Below, piece after piece: positions 1 to 9,721 of a stretch of DNA of 64,000 nucleotides. How positions within the stretch are numbered: the stretch's first letter is position 1; the number at the start of each line of letters is the position of its first letter. The stretch is from assembly GCA_964601625.1 (NCBI GenBank), contig CAZROC010000002.1, forward strand, positions 80,694 through 144,693. The letters run 5' to 3'. The DNA comes from an uncultured Thermoplasmata archaeon (lineage in GTDB: Archaea > Thermoplasmatota > Thermoplasmata > JAGHBH01). Under the pieces are notes generated by a model. It saw nothing but the letters and a program-made list of their open reading frames with translations. It was not told the DNA's origin and did no database searches. The position numbers were made by a program, and so were the translations under genes.

Positions 1-5
1 GCTAT

Positions 6-917
6 GTGGTGTGTGGTATGGTAGAAACCGGTGTTAGGACAATGAGCTCAGAGGAGCCGAACCCAGATACGAAAAAGGAAGACTGGCCGCGTATAAGCGT
101 GGTGACGCTGACCAGAGACTCCGAAAACTATATCTCTGACCTCCTGGACAGTCTCACTCACCAGTCTGTTGAGCCCTATGAGGTGCTTGTGATTGACTGC
201 AACAGCAAAGACCGCACCCCTGAGATAGTGAAAAAGTACGCGGAAAAATATCCATATATCCGTTTTTACAACATCCCAGGCACCAGGGGCTACAGCAGAA
301 ACGCTGGGGCGAAACTCGCAAAGGGAGATGTGATAGCTTTCATTGACTCGGACGCCATAGCCAACGCTCTGTGGATAGAGGAGTTGCAGAAGAGTTTCAG
401 GGAGGGAGCGGACGTCGTAGCGGGGAGGGAAGTGCGCCTGGGCTATGCGGGCTGGAGCGGTCTGAAAAGGGTTGGAATATACCACAAGGGACAGGACATA
501 AGTTATCCCAGCGTGAACCTGGCTTACAGGCGTGAACTGTTTGAAAAGATAGACGGATTTGACCCCTGGTTCAAAGAGGCAGAGGAGATAGACCTCAACT
601 ATCGCGCGGTGGAGGCAGGTGCGAAGATCGTCTACAACCCCGATGCCATCGTTTACCACCGTGCCAGAGAGACGTTCAAGGGCTTTTTCAAACAGGCGTT
701 CTGGTATGGATTCGGACGAAAAGAGCTAACACTGCGCCATGGCTCGCTGTGGAGTGAATATGACTTCATTGACATGCTGAAAATAGGAAAAAATGAATCT
801 ATATGGAAGATAATACGTCTCTTCGTAGCCTTCCTGGGTTATATGACGTGCAAGTTTTTCAAAGGCAGCTGGGAGCTGAAGAGAAAGTGGCGTGAGTCAG
901 AGCTGAGCAGCAGATGA
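6..917 (+). CDS. Glycosyltransferase family 2 (dolichyl-phosphate sugar transferase-like)
   Basis: ORF track 303 aa. Motifs ISVVTLTRDSE...LDSL and VLVIDCNSKDRT...DSD resemble GT-A fold GT2 (DxD). True start may be the internal M near 42. G+C-rich core composition. Confidence 0.65.
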   Translation: MVCGMVETGVRTMSSEEPNPDTKKEDWPRISVVTLTRDSENYISDLLDSLTHQSVEPYEVLVIDCNSKDRTPEIVKKYAEKYPYIRFYNIPGTRGYSRNAGAKLAKGDVIAFIDSDAIANALWIEELQKSFREGADVVAGREVRLGYAGWSGLKRVGIYHKGQDISYPSVNLAYRRELFEKIDGFDPWFKEAEEIDLNYRAVEAGAKIVYNPDAIVYHRARETFKGFFKQAFWYGFGRKELTLRHGSLWSEYDFIDMLKIGKNESIWKIIRLFVAFLGYMTCKFFKGSWELKRKWRESELSSR

Positions 918-951
918 TACAAACAGAGGCAGATAAAGGAGGAACATAGAT

Positions 952-1902
952 ATGAGAGCGCTTGTCACAGGCGGTGCGGGTTTCATTGGCTCACATCTCG
1001 TGGACTGGCTTGTTAGAGAAGGATGGGATGTTGTGGTGGTGGACAGGCTTGACAGGGGAAAAAAGAACATCCAGCACCACCTGGACACCGGGGCCGTAGA
1101 GCTGCACGTGTTTGACATAGGCGACCTTGAGAGACTGAGATCACTCATGGAGGGCGTGGACACGGTATTTCACATGGCCGCCAACGCAGACATAAGGGGC
1201 GGAGTGAAAAACACACGGGTGGACCTTGAGGAAAACGTAATAAAAACGTGGAACGTCCTTGAAGCAATGCGCCTCCAGGACGTGGGGGAGATAGTTTTCG
1301 CATCCTCTGCTGCCCTCTACGGGGACGCGGCGGTGATACCCACCCCCGAGGACTATTTCCCGATCCAGACGTCTTTTTATGGTGCTTCAAAACTGGCGGG
1401 TGAGGGATACATAGAGGCGTTTTCAGAGGCCTTTGGCATAAAGGCGTGGATGTACCGCTTCGTCTCGGTGGTGGGGGAGAGACATCCACACGGTGTCACA
1501 TATGATTTTGTGCACAAACTTCGCAGAAATCCACGCCGCCTTGAAATCCTGGGCAACGGGAAGCAGAAGAAATCGTTTCTATACGTCGGCGACTGTGTGG
1601 GCGGGATAATGCACGGTTACAGATATGGAAAGGACAGGGTGAACATCTTCAACCTGGGAAACGAGGAATACACGACTGTGGACAGGGTCGCAGAGATAGT
1701 GGTTGAGGAGATGGGTCTAAAAGACGTTGAGTTCGTATATACGGGCGGAGACCGTGGCTGGGTTGGCGATGCGCCCATGGTCTTCCTTTCCATAGAGAAG
1801 ATGAAAAAGCTGGGGTGGAAACCGGAGGTGGGGGTGGAAGAGGCCATAAGGAAGACAGCCAGGTGGCTCATTGACAACCCTGGCTGGTACGAGAACCCGT
1901 AG
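952..1902 (+). CDS. NAD-dependent epimerase/dehydratase (UDP-glucose 4-epimerase-like)
   Basis: 316 aa. N-terminal Rossmann TGGAGFIGSHL. YxxxK (YGASK) catalytic motif. GAGGAAC-type RBS upstream. Confidence 0.75.
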   Translation: MRALVTGGAGFIGSHLVDWLVREGWDVVVVDRLDRGKKNIQHHLDTGAVELHVFDIGDLERLRSLMEGVDTVFHMAANADIRGGVKNTRVDLEENVIKTWNVLEAMRLQDVGEIVFASSAALYGDAAVIPTPEDYFPIQTSFYGASKLAGEGYIEAFSEAFGIKAWMYRFVSVVGERHPHGVTYDFVHKLRRNPRRLEILGNGKQKKSFLYVGDCVGGIMHGYRYGKDRVNIFNLGNEEYTTVDRVAEIVVEEMGLKDVEFVYTGGDRGWVGDAPMVFLSIEKMKKLGWKPEVGVEEAIRKTARWLIDNPGWYENP

Positions 1903-1923
1903 CCACGCCTATCTGGCTACTGA

Positions 1924-2124
1924 CTACATAGCCGCCCGGAAGGTTTTGAGCACGATTATCGTCTGAGCGATATCCCCAAGAGCGCCCATTTTGTAAAGGG
2001 CGTACAAAACTATGGCCAGAATGATGACTAGGATGAGTATCTTTATGAGTTTAAAGATGGCCAGTATTATGAGTATAACAAGGAGAGCGGCCAGGGGCAG
2101 GAAAAAGAAAAGCAGCGGACTCAT
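1924..2124 (-). CDS. small hydrophobic membrane protein (hypothetical)
   Basis: 66 aa, almost entirely hydrophobic (two predicted TM segments). Could be spurious. Confidence 0.25.
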   Translation of the reverse strand: MSPLLFFFLPLAALLVILIILAIFKLIKILILVIILAIVLYALYKMGALGDIAQTIIVLKTFRAAM

Positions 2125-2206
2125 GCACCATGCAACCTCTGCGGTGTATAAAAAATCTTCGTAAATGTTTTCCTAAACGGTTAAATACGCCGGCGGAATA
2201 AAAGGT

Positions 2207-3208
2207 TTGATGGCTGACAGACAACGTGGCAGTGCTGGAGACATTCCGCTGAAAAAGCGTCTCTACGCGTGGTTCAGGATAGTCCGCCCCCCCATAATCT
2301 TCATAGGCGTGTTCGGTTCCACGGTGACAGCTCTGGTGTTTGAAGGCGGCCCTGGGGCGATATCCTTTTCCACCCCGACGGGTCTCTGGACGTTTGTGAT
2401 CTCAATGTTCTGCTGGGGGATGCTCTGGGGCGGCATAATGGTGCACAACGACTACACGGACCTGAAATCCGACATGGTGAACCGCCCCCACAAACCGATA
2501 CCCTCAGGGGCGATAAGACCGACAACGGCGCACAGGGTGGGACTCGCAATGATGACCCTGGGGTGGCTGGTTCCCCCCGCCGTGAACATTCTAAACGGCC
2601 CGGAATATGCTCTCTCATCGCTGTGGTGGGGTTTCACACTCTGGCTGGTGGGGGTCGTCTATAACTACTGGGGAAAAAACTGGGGGGTGCTGGGACATGC
2701 CCTGGTGGCGTGGGGCGTGGCGCTTATTCCCCTCTACGGCGGCGCCCTTGTCAGCCCCGTCTTTGGTTTCAGCATGCTTTTCCCCCTGTTTATAGCAATT
2801 TTCGTAAGTGAAATAGGACGGGAGATAGTGGTCTGCGCAGGCGACTACTACGGCGACCTGCAACAGGGGTGGAAAACCGTACCAGTCCTCATCGGGCGGA
2901 AAAGGGCGATGCAGCTCGTCCCCATCTTTTTTGCCGGATTCATCCCCTTCTATCCCATACCCTATTTCGGCTGGCTGGGGTATCCACGTTTCTTCAGCGA
3001 CTACTATTTCGTGGGGTACACCATTTTCATCGTGGGACTCTACCTCTGCTGGGCCGCCATATACTGGACAATGACACACACAACAGACGAAAAAAGGATA
3101 TGGCGGGCGTTTGAGATCTACGCCAGGACCATAACCCGGCTGTTGATAATATTCACCCAGTTCGTCATGCTCGCAGAGGCCCTGTGGGGTGCCGGAGCCA
3201 GATGGTGA
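2207..3208 (+). CDS. UbiA-family prenyltransferase (archaeal lipid/quinone prenyltransferase-like)
   Basis: 333 aa polytopic membrane protein. NDxxDxxxD-like motif (HNDYTDLKSD) typical of UbiA family. Confidence 0.65.
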   Translation: MMADRQRGSAGDIPLKKRLYAWFRIVRPPIIFIGVFGSTVTALVFEGGPGAISFSTPTGLWTFVISMFCWGMLWGGIMVHNDYTDLKSDMVNRPHKPIPSGAIRPTTAHRVGLAMMTLGWLVPPAVNILNGPEYALSSLWWGFTLWLVGVVYNYWGKNWGVLGHALVAWGVALIPLYGGALVSPVFGFSMLFPLFIAIFVSEIGREIVVCAGDYYGDLQQGWKTVPVLIGRKRAMQLVPIFFAGFIPFYPIPYFGWLGYPRFFSDYYFVGYTIFIVGLYLCWAAIYWTMTHTTDEKRIWRAFEIYARTITRLLIIFTQFVMLAEALWGAGARW

Positions 3209-3283
3209 AAACCAGGGCCAGATGGTGAAAATATCCTGTGGCGATTGACAAGTTTTTTCTACTCCAACATCAATTACCTCACC

Positions 3284-4303
3284 ATGGGAGTGGACCTCTC
3301 GCCTCTCGTGGAAGCCCACGAGCGGGAGCTCAAAGATTTCACGGGCAAAAAGATAGCCATAGACGGATACAACGCCCTGTACCAGTTCTTGTCAATTATA
3401 AGACAGCCAGACGGCACACCCCTCAGAGACAGAGAGGGCAGAATAACAAGTCACCTCGCTGGTCTGCTCTACAGGACGGCTAACATGGTTGAGGTCGGAA
3501 TCCGCCCGGTCTATGTCTTTGACGGTAAGCCACCCGAAGAAAAACAGGCCACCATAGAGGAGCGCAGAGAAATCCGGGAAAAAGCGCTTGAAGAGTGGCA
3601 GATGGCCCTGGCGGCAGGGGACATGGAAACAGCCAGAACAAAAGCACAGCAATCATCACGCCTCACAAAAGACATGGTCGCAGACGCCAAACAGCTCCTC
3701 CGCCACCTCGGGATACCATACGTAGACGCGCCCTCTGAGGGAGAAGCACAGGCCAGCCACATGGCAAAAAAAGGAGACGTGTGGGCCGTTGGCAGCCAGG
3801 ACTACGACTGCCTGGTTTTCGGAGCCCCCATACTGGTGAGAAACCTAACTGTCACCGGTAGGAGAAAGCTCCCGCGTAAAAAGGTCTACGTGGAAGTGCG
3901 CCCGGAGGAGATACACCTGGATGAAGTGCTTAAAAAACACGGCATAACCTGGGAACAGCTGGTGGATATCGCCATCCTGGTCGGCACAGATTTTAACCCC
4001 GGCGTTAAAGGTGTCGGCCCCAAAACCGCCCTGAAGCTCATAAAAGAGCATGGCAACATTGAAAAAGCCCTTGAAAAAAAAGAGATGGACCCCGGGGATT
4101 TCAACAGGGTGAGAGAGATATTCATGAAACCCAATGTCACAGATGACTACTCTCTGGAATGGAGGCCCCCGGACAGACAGGCAGTGACGTCTTTTCTGTG
4201 CGGCCAGAGGGATTTCAGCGAAACCAGGGTTTCCGGGGCGCTGGACCGCATGGAGCAGGCATACGAAAAAAACAAACAGGCGAGCCTTGACAGATGGTTC
4301 TGA
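3284..4303 (+). CDS. fen: Flap endonuclease 1 (FEN-1)
   Basis: Product begins MGVDLSPLV...KKIAIDGYNALYQF (XPG-N). Internal XPG-I and helix-hairpin-helix region (GVKGVGPKTALKLIKEHG). Track ORF starts 13 codons upstream at 3245. Confidence 0.85.
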   Translation: MGVDLSPLVEAHERELKDFTGKKIAIDGYNALYQFLSIIRQPDGTPLRDREGRITSHLAGLLYRTANMVEVGIRPVYVFDGKPPEEKQATIEERREIREKALEEWQMALAAGDMETARTKAQQSSRLTKDMVADAKQLLRHLGIPYVDAPSEGEAQASHMAKKGDVWAVGSQDYDCLVFGAPILVRNLTVTGRRKLPRKKVYVEVRPEEIHLDEVLKKHGITWEQLVDIAILVGTDFNPGVKGVGPKTALKLIKEHGNIEKALEKKEMDPGDFNRVREIFMKPNVTDDYSLEWRPPDRQAVTSFLCGQRDFSETRVSGALDRMEQAYEKNKQASLDRWF

Positions 4304-4362
4304 TGGCGGCAGAAAGGAGATGACAGTCAGGAAAGGATAGACTGGAATGATGGGGTGTTAAC

Positions 4363-4671
4363 GTGGATTTCCCGGAAGAGGCAATCACCACCACAAAAAA
4401 GGGGAAAAAAGAGGCCAGAGTCCTCAAAGAAAAAGGAGAATACGTCTGGTACGCGTACGTTGACCTTGAAAAGGGCAAAGAGGAAAAGAAAACAAAACTC
4501 GTCCTTATACAGCCCGGCAGAGAGATGAGAGAATTCTTCGTCTTCCCGACCAGCGACGGAAAGAAATACCTGCTGGCTCCCACGGAGACAAAAGGGGCCA
4601 GGGCGGTGTTTGACCGGGAAAAAGGAAAAATGGTTTTCGTGGACGATGGCGGGATAACAGAGGAAAGGTGA
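4363..4671 (+). CDS. hypothetical lysine/glutamate-rich protein
   Basis: 102 aa ORF with no recognisable domain. Located between fen and pgk. Confidence 0.35.
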   Translation: MDFPEEAITTTKKGKKEARVLKEKGEYVWYAYVDLEKGKEEKKTKLVLIQPGREMREFFVFPTSDGKKYLLAPTETKGARAVFDREKGKMVFVDDGGITEER

Positions 4672-4778
4672 AACTGTGAGATGGGCGATGGATGGGCGAA
4701 AGAGATAATTACCCCCCAACATTACAACCCGATGATACCAAAGCCTTTCAGAACCACAGGACCAGAGAGGGATGAGCG

Positions 4779-6050
4779 ATGGAAAAGGAATTCCTGTCCA
4801 TAAAAGACCTTGAACTTGAAGGAAAAACGGTCCTCCTCAGGGTGGACTTCAACTCGCCAATAAACCCTCAGACAGGAGAAATACTGGACGACACCAGAAT
4901 ACGCGCCCACATCCCGACGATAAAATACCTCCGCCACACAAAACTCGTAATACTGGCACACCAGGGAAGACCGGGTTCAAAAGACTATGCCCCCCTGAGC
5001 GAGCACGCTGAGAGACTGGAGAGCCTCCTGGGGCAGCCCGTGAAATATGTTGATGATCTCATCGGCAGCCGGGCAATGAAAGAGATAAAAAAGAGCGGCC
5101 CCGGAGACATCCTGCTCCTGGAAAACACACGGTTCTACGCAGAAGAAGTGAGTTTGAAAAAACCGGAGCAACACCCGAAAAGCATAATGATAAACCGCCT
5201 CTCAGCCATAGCAGACCTCTATGCCAACGACGCCTTCGCTGCCGCCCACAGAGCCCAGCCCTCACTCGTAGGATTCGTTGATTTCCTACCCTGCGCCGCC
5301 GGCCTCCTGATGGAAAAAGAACTCATGGCACTGCGCCAGGCCCTTGAACCAGTCCAGGAGGGCGAAGAAGCGGTTGCTGTTCTCGGAGGCATGAAGGTGG
5401 ACGACTCAATACGGGTCATGAGAAGCCTTCTTAGAAACCGTGTGGTAACAAAAGTTCTGACGTCTGGTGTTGTGGGAAACGTTGTACTGCTGGCCATGGG
5501 GAAAGACATAGGAAAACCCAACGTTGAGTTCCTTGAAAGAGAGATCCCGGACTACCAGAGCCTCGTTGAAGAAACAAAAAAAGTCCTTGAAGAATACCCC
5601 AAAGCCGTTGAGGCACCCAGAGACGTGGCGGTGAACGTTGACGGCATGAGAAAAGAAGTGCGTGTAGACGAGTTTCCCCCCGACAACCTGATCTTTGACA
5701 TAGGAATAGAAACGATCTCCCACTACGCTCTCATAATACGCAAGGCGAAAAAAGTGATACTCAACGGTCCCGCCGGCGTGTTTGAAATACCCGAGTTCTC
5801 TTACGGCACATACGAAATCTTCAGGGCCGTGGCACACGCACCGGGATACACGGTAATCGGAGGAGGACACACATCCGCAGTGGCAGAAAAGCTCGGAATA
5901 GAAAACATGGTCTCCCACATAAGCACAGGCGGCGGCTCGCTCATAGAATTCCTGTCGGGAAAAGAGTTACCCGTGGTCTCAATGCTCAAAAAATCAAAAC
6001 ATCTCTACATGGAAGGAAAATACAAAAACCCCCCACCACTCAAAAAATAA
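4779..6050 (+). CDS. pgk: Phosphoglycerate kinase (archaeal type)
   Basis: 423 aa. N-terminal LRVDFNSP and C-terminal GGG...STGGGS hinge motifs of PGK. Confidence 0.85.
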   Translation: MEKEFLSIKDLELEGKTVLLRVDFNSPINPQTGEILDDTRIRAHIPTIKYLRHTKLVILAHQGRPGSKDYAPLSEHAERLESLLGQPVKYVDDLIGSRAMKEIKKSGPGDILLLENTRFYAEEVSLKKPEQHPKSIMINRLSAIADLYANDAFAAAHRAQPSLVGFVDFLPCAAGLLMEKELMALRQALEPVQEGEEAVAVLGGMKVDDSIRVMRSLLRNRVVTKVLTSGVVGNVVLLAMGKDIGKPNVEFLEREIPDYQSLVEETKKVLEEYPKAVEAPRDVAVNVDGMRKEVRVDEFPPDNLIFDIGIETISHYALIIRKAKKVILNGPAGVFEIPEFSYGTYEIFRAVAHAPGYTVIGGGHTSAVAEKLGIENMVSHISTGGGSLIEFLSGKELPVVSMLKKSKHLYMEGKYKNPPPLKK

Positions 6051-6086
6051 ATAAGACAGAACGTTTGTTCCCGACCAACCATCTAT

Positions 6087-6381
6087 GCCGCCGTAGGAGT
6101 GAAGTGCGGGAGCATTTCACGAGTAGGCGGGATTTGCGGAGCAACACGGCGGAAAGGTGTTTCCGCCTGTTCGGGAAATGCAAAGCATTTCCCTCGTATG
6201 GTGGAACCCTGTTCCACCTATTCGGGAATACTCTGTATTTCCCTCGTGCCGCCGTATGAGTGAAATGCGAGAGCATTTCACGAATAGGCGGGATTACGCA
6301 GCGAAGCGGAGTAATGCCGCCGTAGCTCATTCAAGGAACCCTTTGGGTTCCTCTGCTTTGCTACGGCGCTATGCGATTGGT
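6087..6381 (+). repeat. tRNA-5'-end-like tandem repeats with multiple perfect hairpins (candidate structured ncRNA or relic att copies)
   Basis: GCCGCCGTA(G) (the first 9-10 nt of the tRNA-Thr at 6382) recurs at 6087, 6248 and 6316 (the 6316 copy matches 14 nt). A ~60-nt unit occurs twice with a compensatory change in the hairpin GTGAA(G/A)TGC-G(G/A)GA-GCATTTCAC. Further hairpins: GGGAAATGC-AAA-GCATTTCCC, GGTGGAAC-CCT-GTTCCACC, AGGAACCC-TTT-GGGTTCCT. Confidence 0.4.
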
Positions 6382-6454
6382 GCCGCCGTAGCTCAGCTGG
6401 TGGAGCGGCTGATTCGTAATCAGCAGGTCAGGGGTTCGAATCCCCTCGGCGGCT
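6382..6454 (+). tRNA. tRNA-Thr (anticodon CGT)
   Basis: GCCGCCG acceptor stem pairing with CGGCGGC, D-arm GTAGCTCAGCTGGTGGAGC, anticodon stem GCTGA/TCAGC with loop TTCGTAA (anticodon CGT), T-arm AGGGGTTCGAATCCCCT, discriminator T. CCA is not encoded. Confidence 0.8.
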
Positions 6455-6620
6455 TATATTAACCGATAAGTTATATGAACAGCGACGGGGGATAAGGCAG
6501 AGGAATACGTAGTATTCCTTGAACGAATCCCTCCGGTGGCTCCTATTAACCAATAGATTCAGAGAGGAGGGTGGACAGGGAGAGTATGTTCTTTAATACG
6601 CTCACCTGTGGCGTAAATCG

Positions 6621-7259
6621 CTACTTAATGTTAATTATTCTCCCTGCGCCGCCTGGGATATATTTCTCTGGATAAAGATATTTTATCTCCGATATATATC
6701 GGGTGCAATGGGTAGGGCAGATTAACTCCAGCCCTTTTAGGGAGGAGGGGGAGTTTCCATGCAAGCCTCCTATTATACCATAGACCCTACCAAATTGGGA
6801 CGCCCTCTGCAGTATGTGCTCCATCTTTGGGTGCGAACATCCGACCATAACGACAATGCCTTTTTCCGTCTGGACACATAGAGATTGTTCTATTCCCTCA
6901 AGCTCGCCTGTAGAGTATATTCCTTCGTAAAGCATGGTAGGTTTTTTTACCTCAATAATTTCTCTCGCACCCTCTGCTTCGGAAAAATAGGAAGTAGTCC
7001 AGATTTTTACTCGGTTATTTAGACGAAGAAAAGATGAGAGACCTCCTATGTGGTCCCAGTGAAGGTGAGAGATAAAAACATCTTCAATTTCTTCTGGATT
7101 GACTTTAAGCTTTTCCATATTTGAAAGCAAAATCTTTCCATTCGCTCCAGCGTCAAAAAGAATTTTTCTTTTTTTGATTTCTACAAGTGCTGAAAATCCC
7201 CAATCGGCTTGCAAATCTCTTCTAAAAGCAGTATTATCGTAAATAATGGTAACCTTCAT
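6621..7259 (-). CDS. Metallo-beta-lactamase-fold hydrolase
   Basis: 212 aa. HxHxDH motif (HLHWDHIGG). A+T-rich. First gene downstream of the tRNA. Confidence 0.6.
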   Translation of the reverse strand: MKVTIIYDNTAFRRDLQADWGFSALVEIKKRKILFDAGANGKILLSNMEKLKVNPEEIEDVFISHLHWDHIGGLSSFLRLNNRVKIWTTSYFSEAEGAREIIEVKKPTMLYEGIYSTGELEGIEQSLCVQTEKGIVVMVGCSHPKMEHILQRASQFGRVYGIIGGLHGNSPSSLKGLELICPTHCTRYISEIKYLYPEKYIPGGAGRIINIK

Positions 7260-8020
7260 CTTAACAGCTCCTTATACAATCTTTTATCTAAGGTTCCATC
7301 AGGGAGCATCCAATCTGGGTGCACCTTGCCTTTTTCTTCCATCTGATAACGAATACAGTTTTCCCAATCTCCTTGGCAATACAATTCTATCCACCTCTTA
7401 TCCAGCTTTCCTTCCTCATAAAATCTCTTCATTGGACACACAGGATACCATTTGCAATCTTTAAGTAACACTCGCAATTTTCTATAACTTTTTATTAAAT
7501 CTTGCTTAAGTTCAGGATTGTAAAGAAGAGTTGCGGGATGAGACAAGGGCAGTATCTTTTTATCTCGCGCTAAAAACAGCTTACCAAAAACTGAAGAAAG
7601 ATCTGCTTTTGAAGGTAATGAAACACCATATTTTTGAAAAATATAACAGGTGGCATAATAACCCAAAGGAACCAATATCTTTGGATTTATCAATTTAATC
7701 TCTTCGTTCAAATAATAACTGCAGGCTTCAATTTCATCCTGTTTGGGCCTTCTATATTTGGGAAGCATGCATTTAACTAGATTTGTCATATAAATTTCAT
7801 GCCTTTTAATTCCTGCCGATTTTAGTAACTCATCTAATACTTTCCCTGAGGGACCAACAAACATTTTTCCTTCTCTATCCTCTTTTTTTCCCGGTGCCTG
7901 AGCAATCAACATAATTTTAGCATTCAAATCTCCCTCTCCACAGATAGCATTCGTTCTGGTTTCGGACAATCTGCATTTCTTACATTCCTTTATCCTTTTG
8001 TTCAATTCATCAATTTCCAT
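7256..8020 (-). CDS. Uracil-DNA glycosylase, family 4 (Fe-S type) with Cys-rich C-terminal extension
   Basis: 254 aa. GEGDLNAKIMLIAQAPGKKEDREGKMFVGPSGKVLDELL is the family-4 UDG signature region. Conserved cysteines at N-term (CKKC) and C-term. Confidence 0.7.
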   Translation of the reverse strand: MEIDELNKRIKECKKCRLSETRTNAICGEGDLNAKIMLIAQAPGKKEDREGKMFVGPSGKVLDELLKSAGIKRHEIYMTNLVKCMLPKYRRPKQDEIEACSYYLNEEIKLINPKILVPLGYYATCYIFQKYGVSLPSKADLSSVFGKLFLARDKKILPLSHPATLLYNPELKQDLIKSYRKLRVLLKDCKWYPVCPMKRFYEEGKLDKRWIELYCQGDWENCIRYQMEEKGKVHPDWMLPDGTLDKRLYKELLR

Positions 8021-8049
8021 ATTCCCTGCACCATTGAATGTTTTTCACA

Positions 8050-8180
8050 TTTTGCTTAACGTTGGGGATATGTAAAGTTCCCGGCTGTAGAGAGGGAGGA
8101 AGTTTGGGTGAAAGGTCTGCAAGACCCGTAATCGCATACATGCTCCGCCATCGCCGTAATTAACGGACAAAAGAGGTTGC
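8050..8180. repeat. degenerate attC-like cassette repeat
   Basis: Contains CTTAACGTTGGGGATATGTAAAGTT and AAGTTTGGGTGA (compare consensus ..AACGTYYTGGGGATATGTGAAGTT...AAATTTGGGCGA). Right half degenerate. Confidence 0.35.
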
Positions 8181-8211
8181 CGAGAGCATGGACAGGCGTT
8201 TCCTTTTCTTC

Positions 8212-8628
8212 TCAAGTATTCTCCTCTTTGGTAGGTGTAGGATCTTTAATAACATCAGATGGATCAAATGTCGATAGGAAAAAGTTCTTTGTAAGCTTCA
8301 TTGCACCAGATGGGCATATGTCTTGACAGAGTGCACAGAAACAGCATTTTCCCAGATCTATCTTGGGATATTTCTTTGGATACTTGTCTCTGTATTCCCC
8401 AGGCGCCTCAACCATCTCTATAGCTCTGTTTGGACATATCTTAGAGCACAGACCGCATGATATGCATTTGTCTATATTAAATCTGTGCTCGCCTCTATAC
8501 CCATCTGGTATCGGGTTTGACTCATGTGGAAATCTCGTTGTTATAGGTTTTGAAAACATATTTCTGATTATCTTTGGAATTACTTCCGTTTTCATCTTAT
8601 CACCTATCCATATCAGCTGGACAGCCAT
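8212..8628 (-). CDS. nuoI: NuoI-like 2x[4Fe-4S] ferredoxin subunit
   Basis: 138 aa. Two CxxCxxCxxxCP motifs (CISCGLCSKICP, CCFCALCQDICP). Confidence 0.65.
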   Translation of the reverse strand: MAVQLIWIGDKMKTEVIPKIIRNMFSKPITTRFPHESNPIPDGYRGEHRFNIDKCISCGLCSKICPNRAIEMVEAPGEYRDKYPKKYPKIDLGKCCFCALCQDICPSGAMKLTKNFFLSTFDPSDVIKDPTPTKEENT

Positions 8629-9721
8629 TCAAACTCCAATATATTGCTGGCACATCAGCTATCTGTACATCCCTTAATAGGAACTCCAGTACAGGTATAA
8701 GATGCAAGAAGCTGGGCCCCCTTATCTTTACTCTATAGGGCTTTGTCCCACCATCGCTGACCATATAGACTCCTGCTTCTCCCCTGGCGACTTCATTCCT
8801 AACATAAACCTCCCCCTCTGGCATCCTCATATTGAGCTTTAATTTGCTAAACCTTTTATCTATAAAATCTCCATCAGGTAAGCCTTTCAAAGCCTGATGT
8901 ATTATCTTCACTGATTGCTCCATTTCTTCTAAACATATCTGGAACCTAGCATAGGCGTCTCCTTCTTTCCTAACCGGAACCTCAAAATCAAACCTATCAT
9001 AAACCTCATAGGGCTCATCTTTTCTAACATCGGTTCTCAAACCACTTGCCCTGATAACTGGCCCGGTTGCTCCAAGCCTTATTGCGTCCTCTAATTTCAA
9101 TACACCTACGTCCCTTAACCTGCCTATGTTTGCAGGATTCTCTGCTTTTACAAAGTCTATCATCTTCTCTATTTTATCCAAAACCTTTGGTATCCTCTCC
9201 TTTGCAGAATCTGGTAGGTCTCTCCTAACGCCACCTGGACATATGTATCCAGCTGGATATACCCTTCCGCCCGTTATTAGTTCAAACAAATCTAGTATAA
9301 AATCTCTGTAACCAAATGCCAGCTTAAATCCGGTGTCAAAGCCCGTGCCAATAGATAGAACCCCATACCATATAAGATGTGATTGTATCCTGGATAGTTC
9401 CGCCATTATAACCCTAATATATTTTGCTCTCTCAGGCACCTCTACACCTATTAACTCTTCTACGGCTTCAGCATGAATAAGGTTCCAAGCCAACGCTTCA
9501 AGGACGCATATCCTATCTGAAAGAACAGCGTTCTGGATGGGCAACCTGTATTCCATTAATTTCTCGAATCCTCTATGTAAATAACCCGGGTCTGCCCTTG
9601 CAGAGACCACCCTTTCTCCATCTATTTTAAGCCTGACAGAGAAATTGCCTGAGCCTGGATGCGCAGGGCCAAAGAATAATTCATACTCGTTTTTTCCAAC
9701 AGATTCAGGTTTCATGATCAC
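8600..9721 (-). CDS. nuoD: NuoD-like 49 kDa subunit (no NiFe-binding Cys pairs seen)
   Basis: 373 aa. FGPAHPGSGNF..., RICVLEALAWNL, VYPAGYICPGGVRRDLP. C-terminus lacks the DPCxxCxxH of NiFe hydrogenase large subunits. Confidence 0.75.
   Translation of the reverse strand: MIMKPESVGKNEYELFFGPAHPGSGNFSVRLKIDGERVVSARADPGYLHRGFEKLMEYRLPIQNAVLSDRICVLEALAWNLIHAEAVEELIGVEVPERAKYIRVIMAELSRIQSHLIWYGVLSIGTGFDTGFKLAFGYRDFILDLFELITGGRVYPAGYICPGGVRRDLPDSAKERIPKVLDKIEKMIDFVKAENPANIGRLRDVGVLKLEDAIRLGATGPVIRASGLRTDVRKDEPYEVYDRFDFEVPVRKEGDAYARFQICLEEMEQSVKIIHQALKGLPDGDFIDKRFSKLKLNMRMPEGEVYVRNEVARGEAGVYMVSDGGTKPYRVKIRGPSFLHLIPVLEFLLRDVQIADVPAIYWSLNGCPADMDR

Noticed and set aside
6316-6381. tRNA-Thr carrying a long intron, or a split/permuted tRNA
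   Set aside because: The 6382..6454 gene is a complete canonical 73-nt tRNA on its own. The upstream copies share only the 5' 9-14 nt and cannot complete a cloverleaf.
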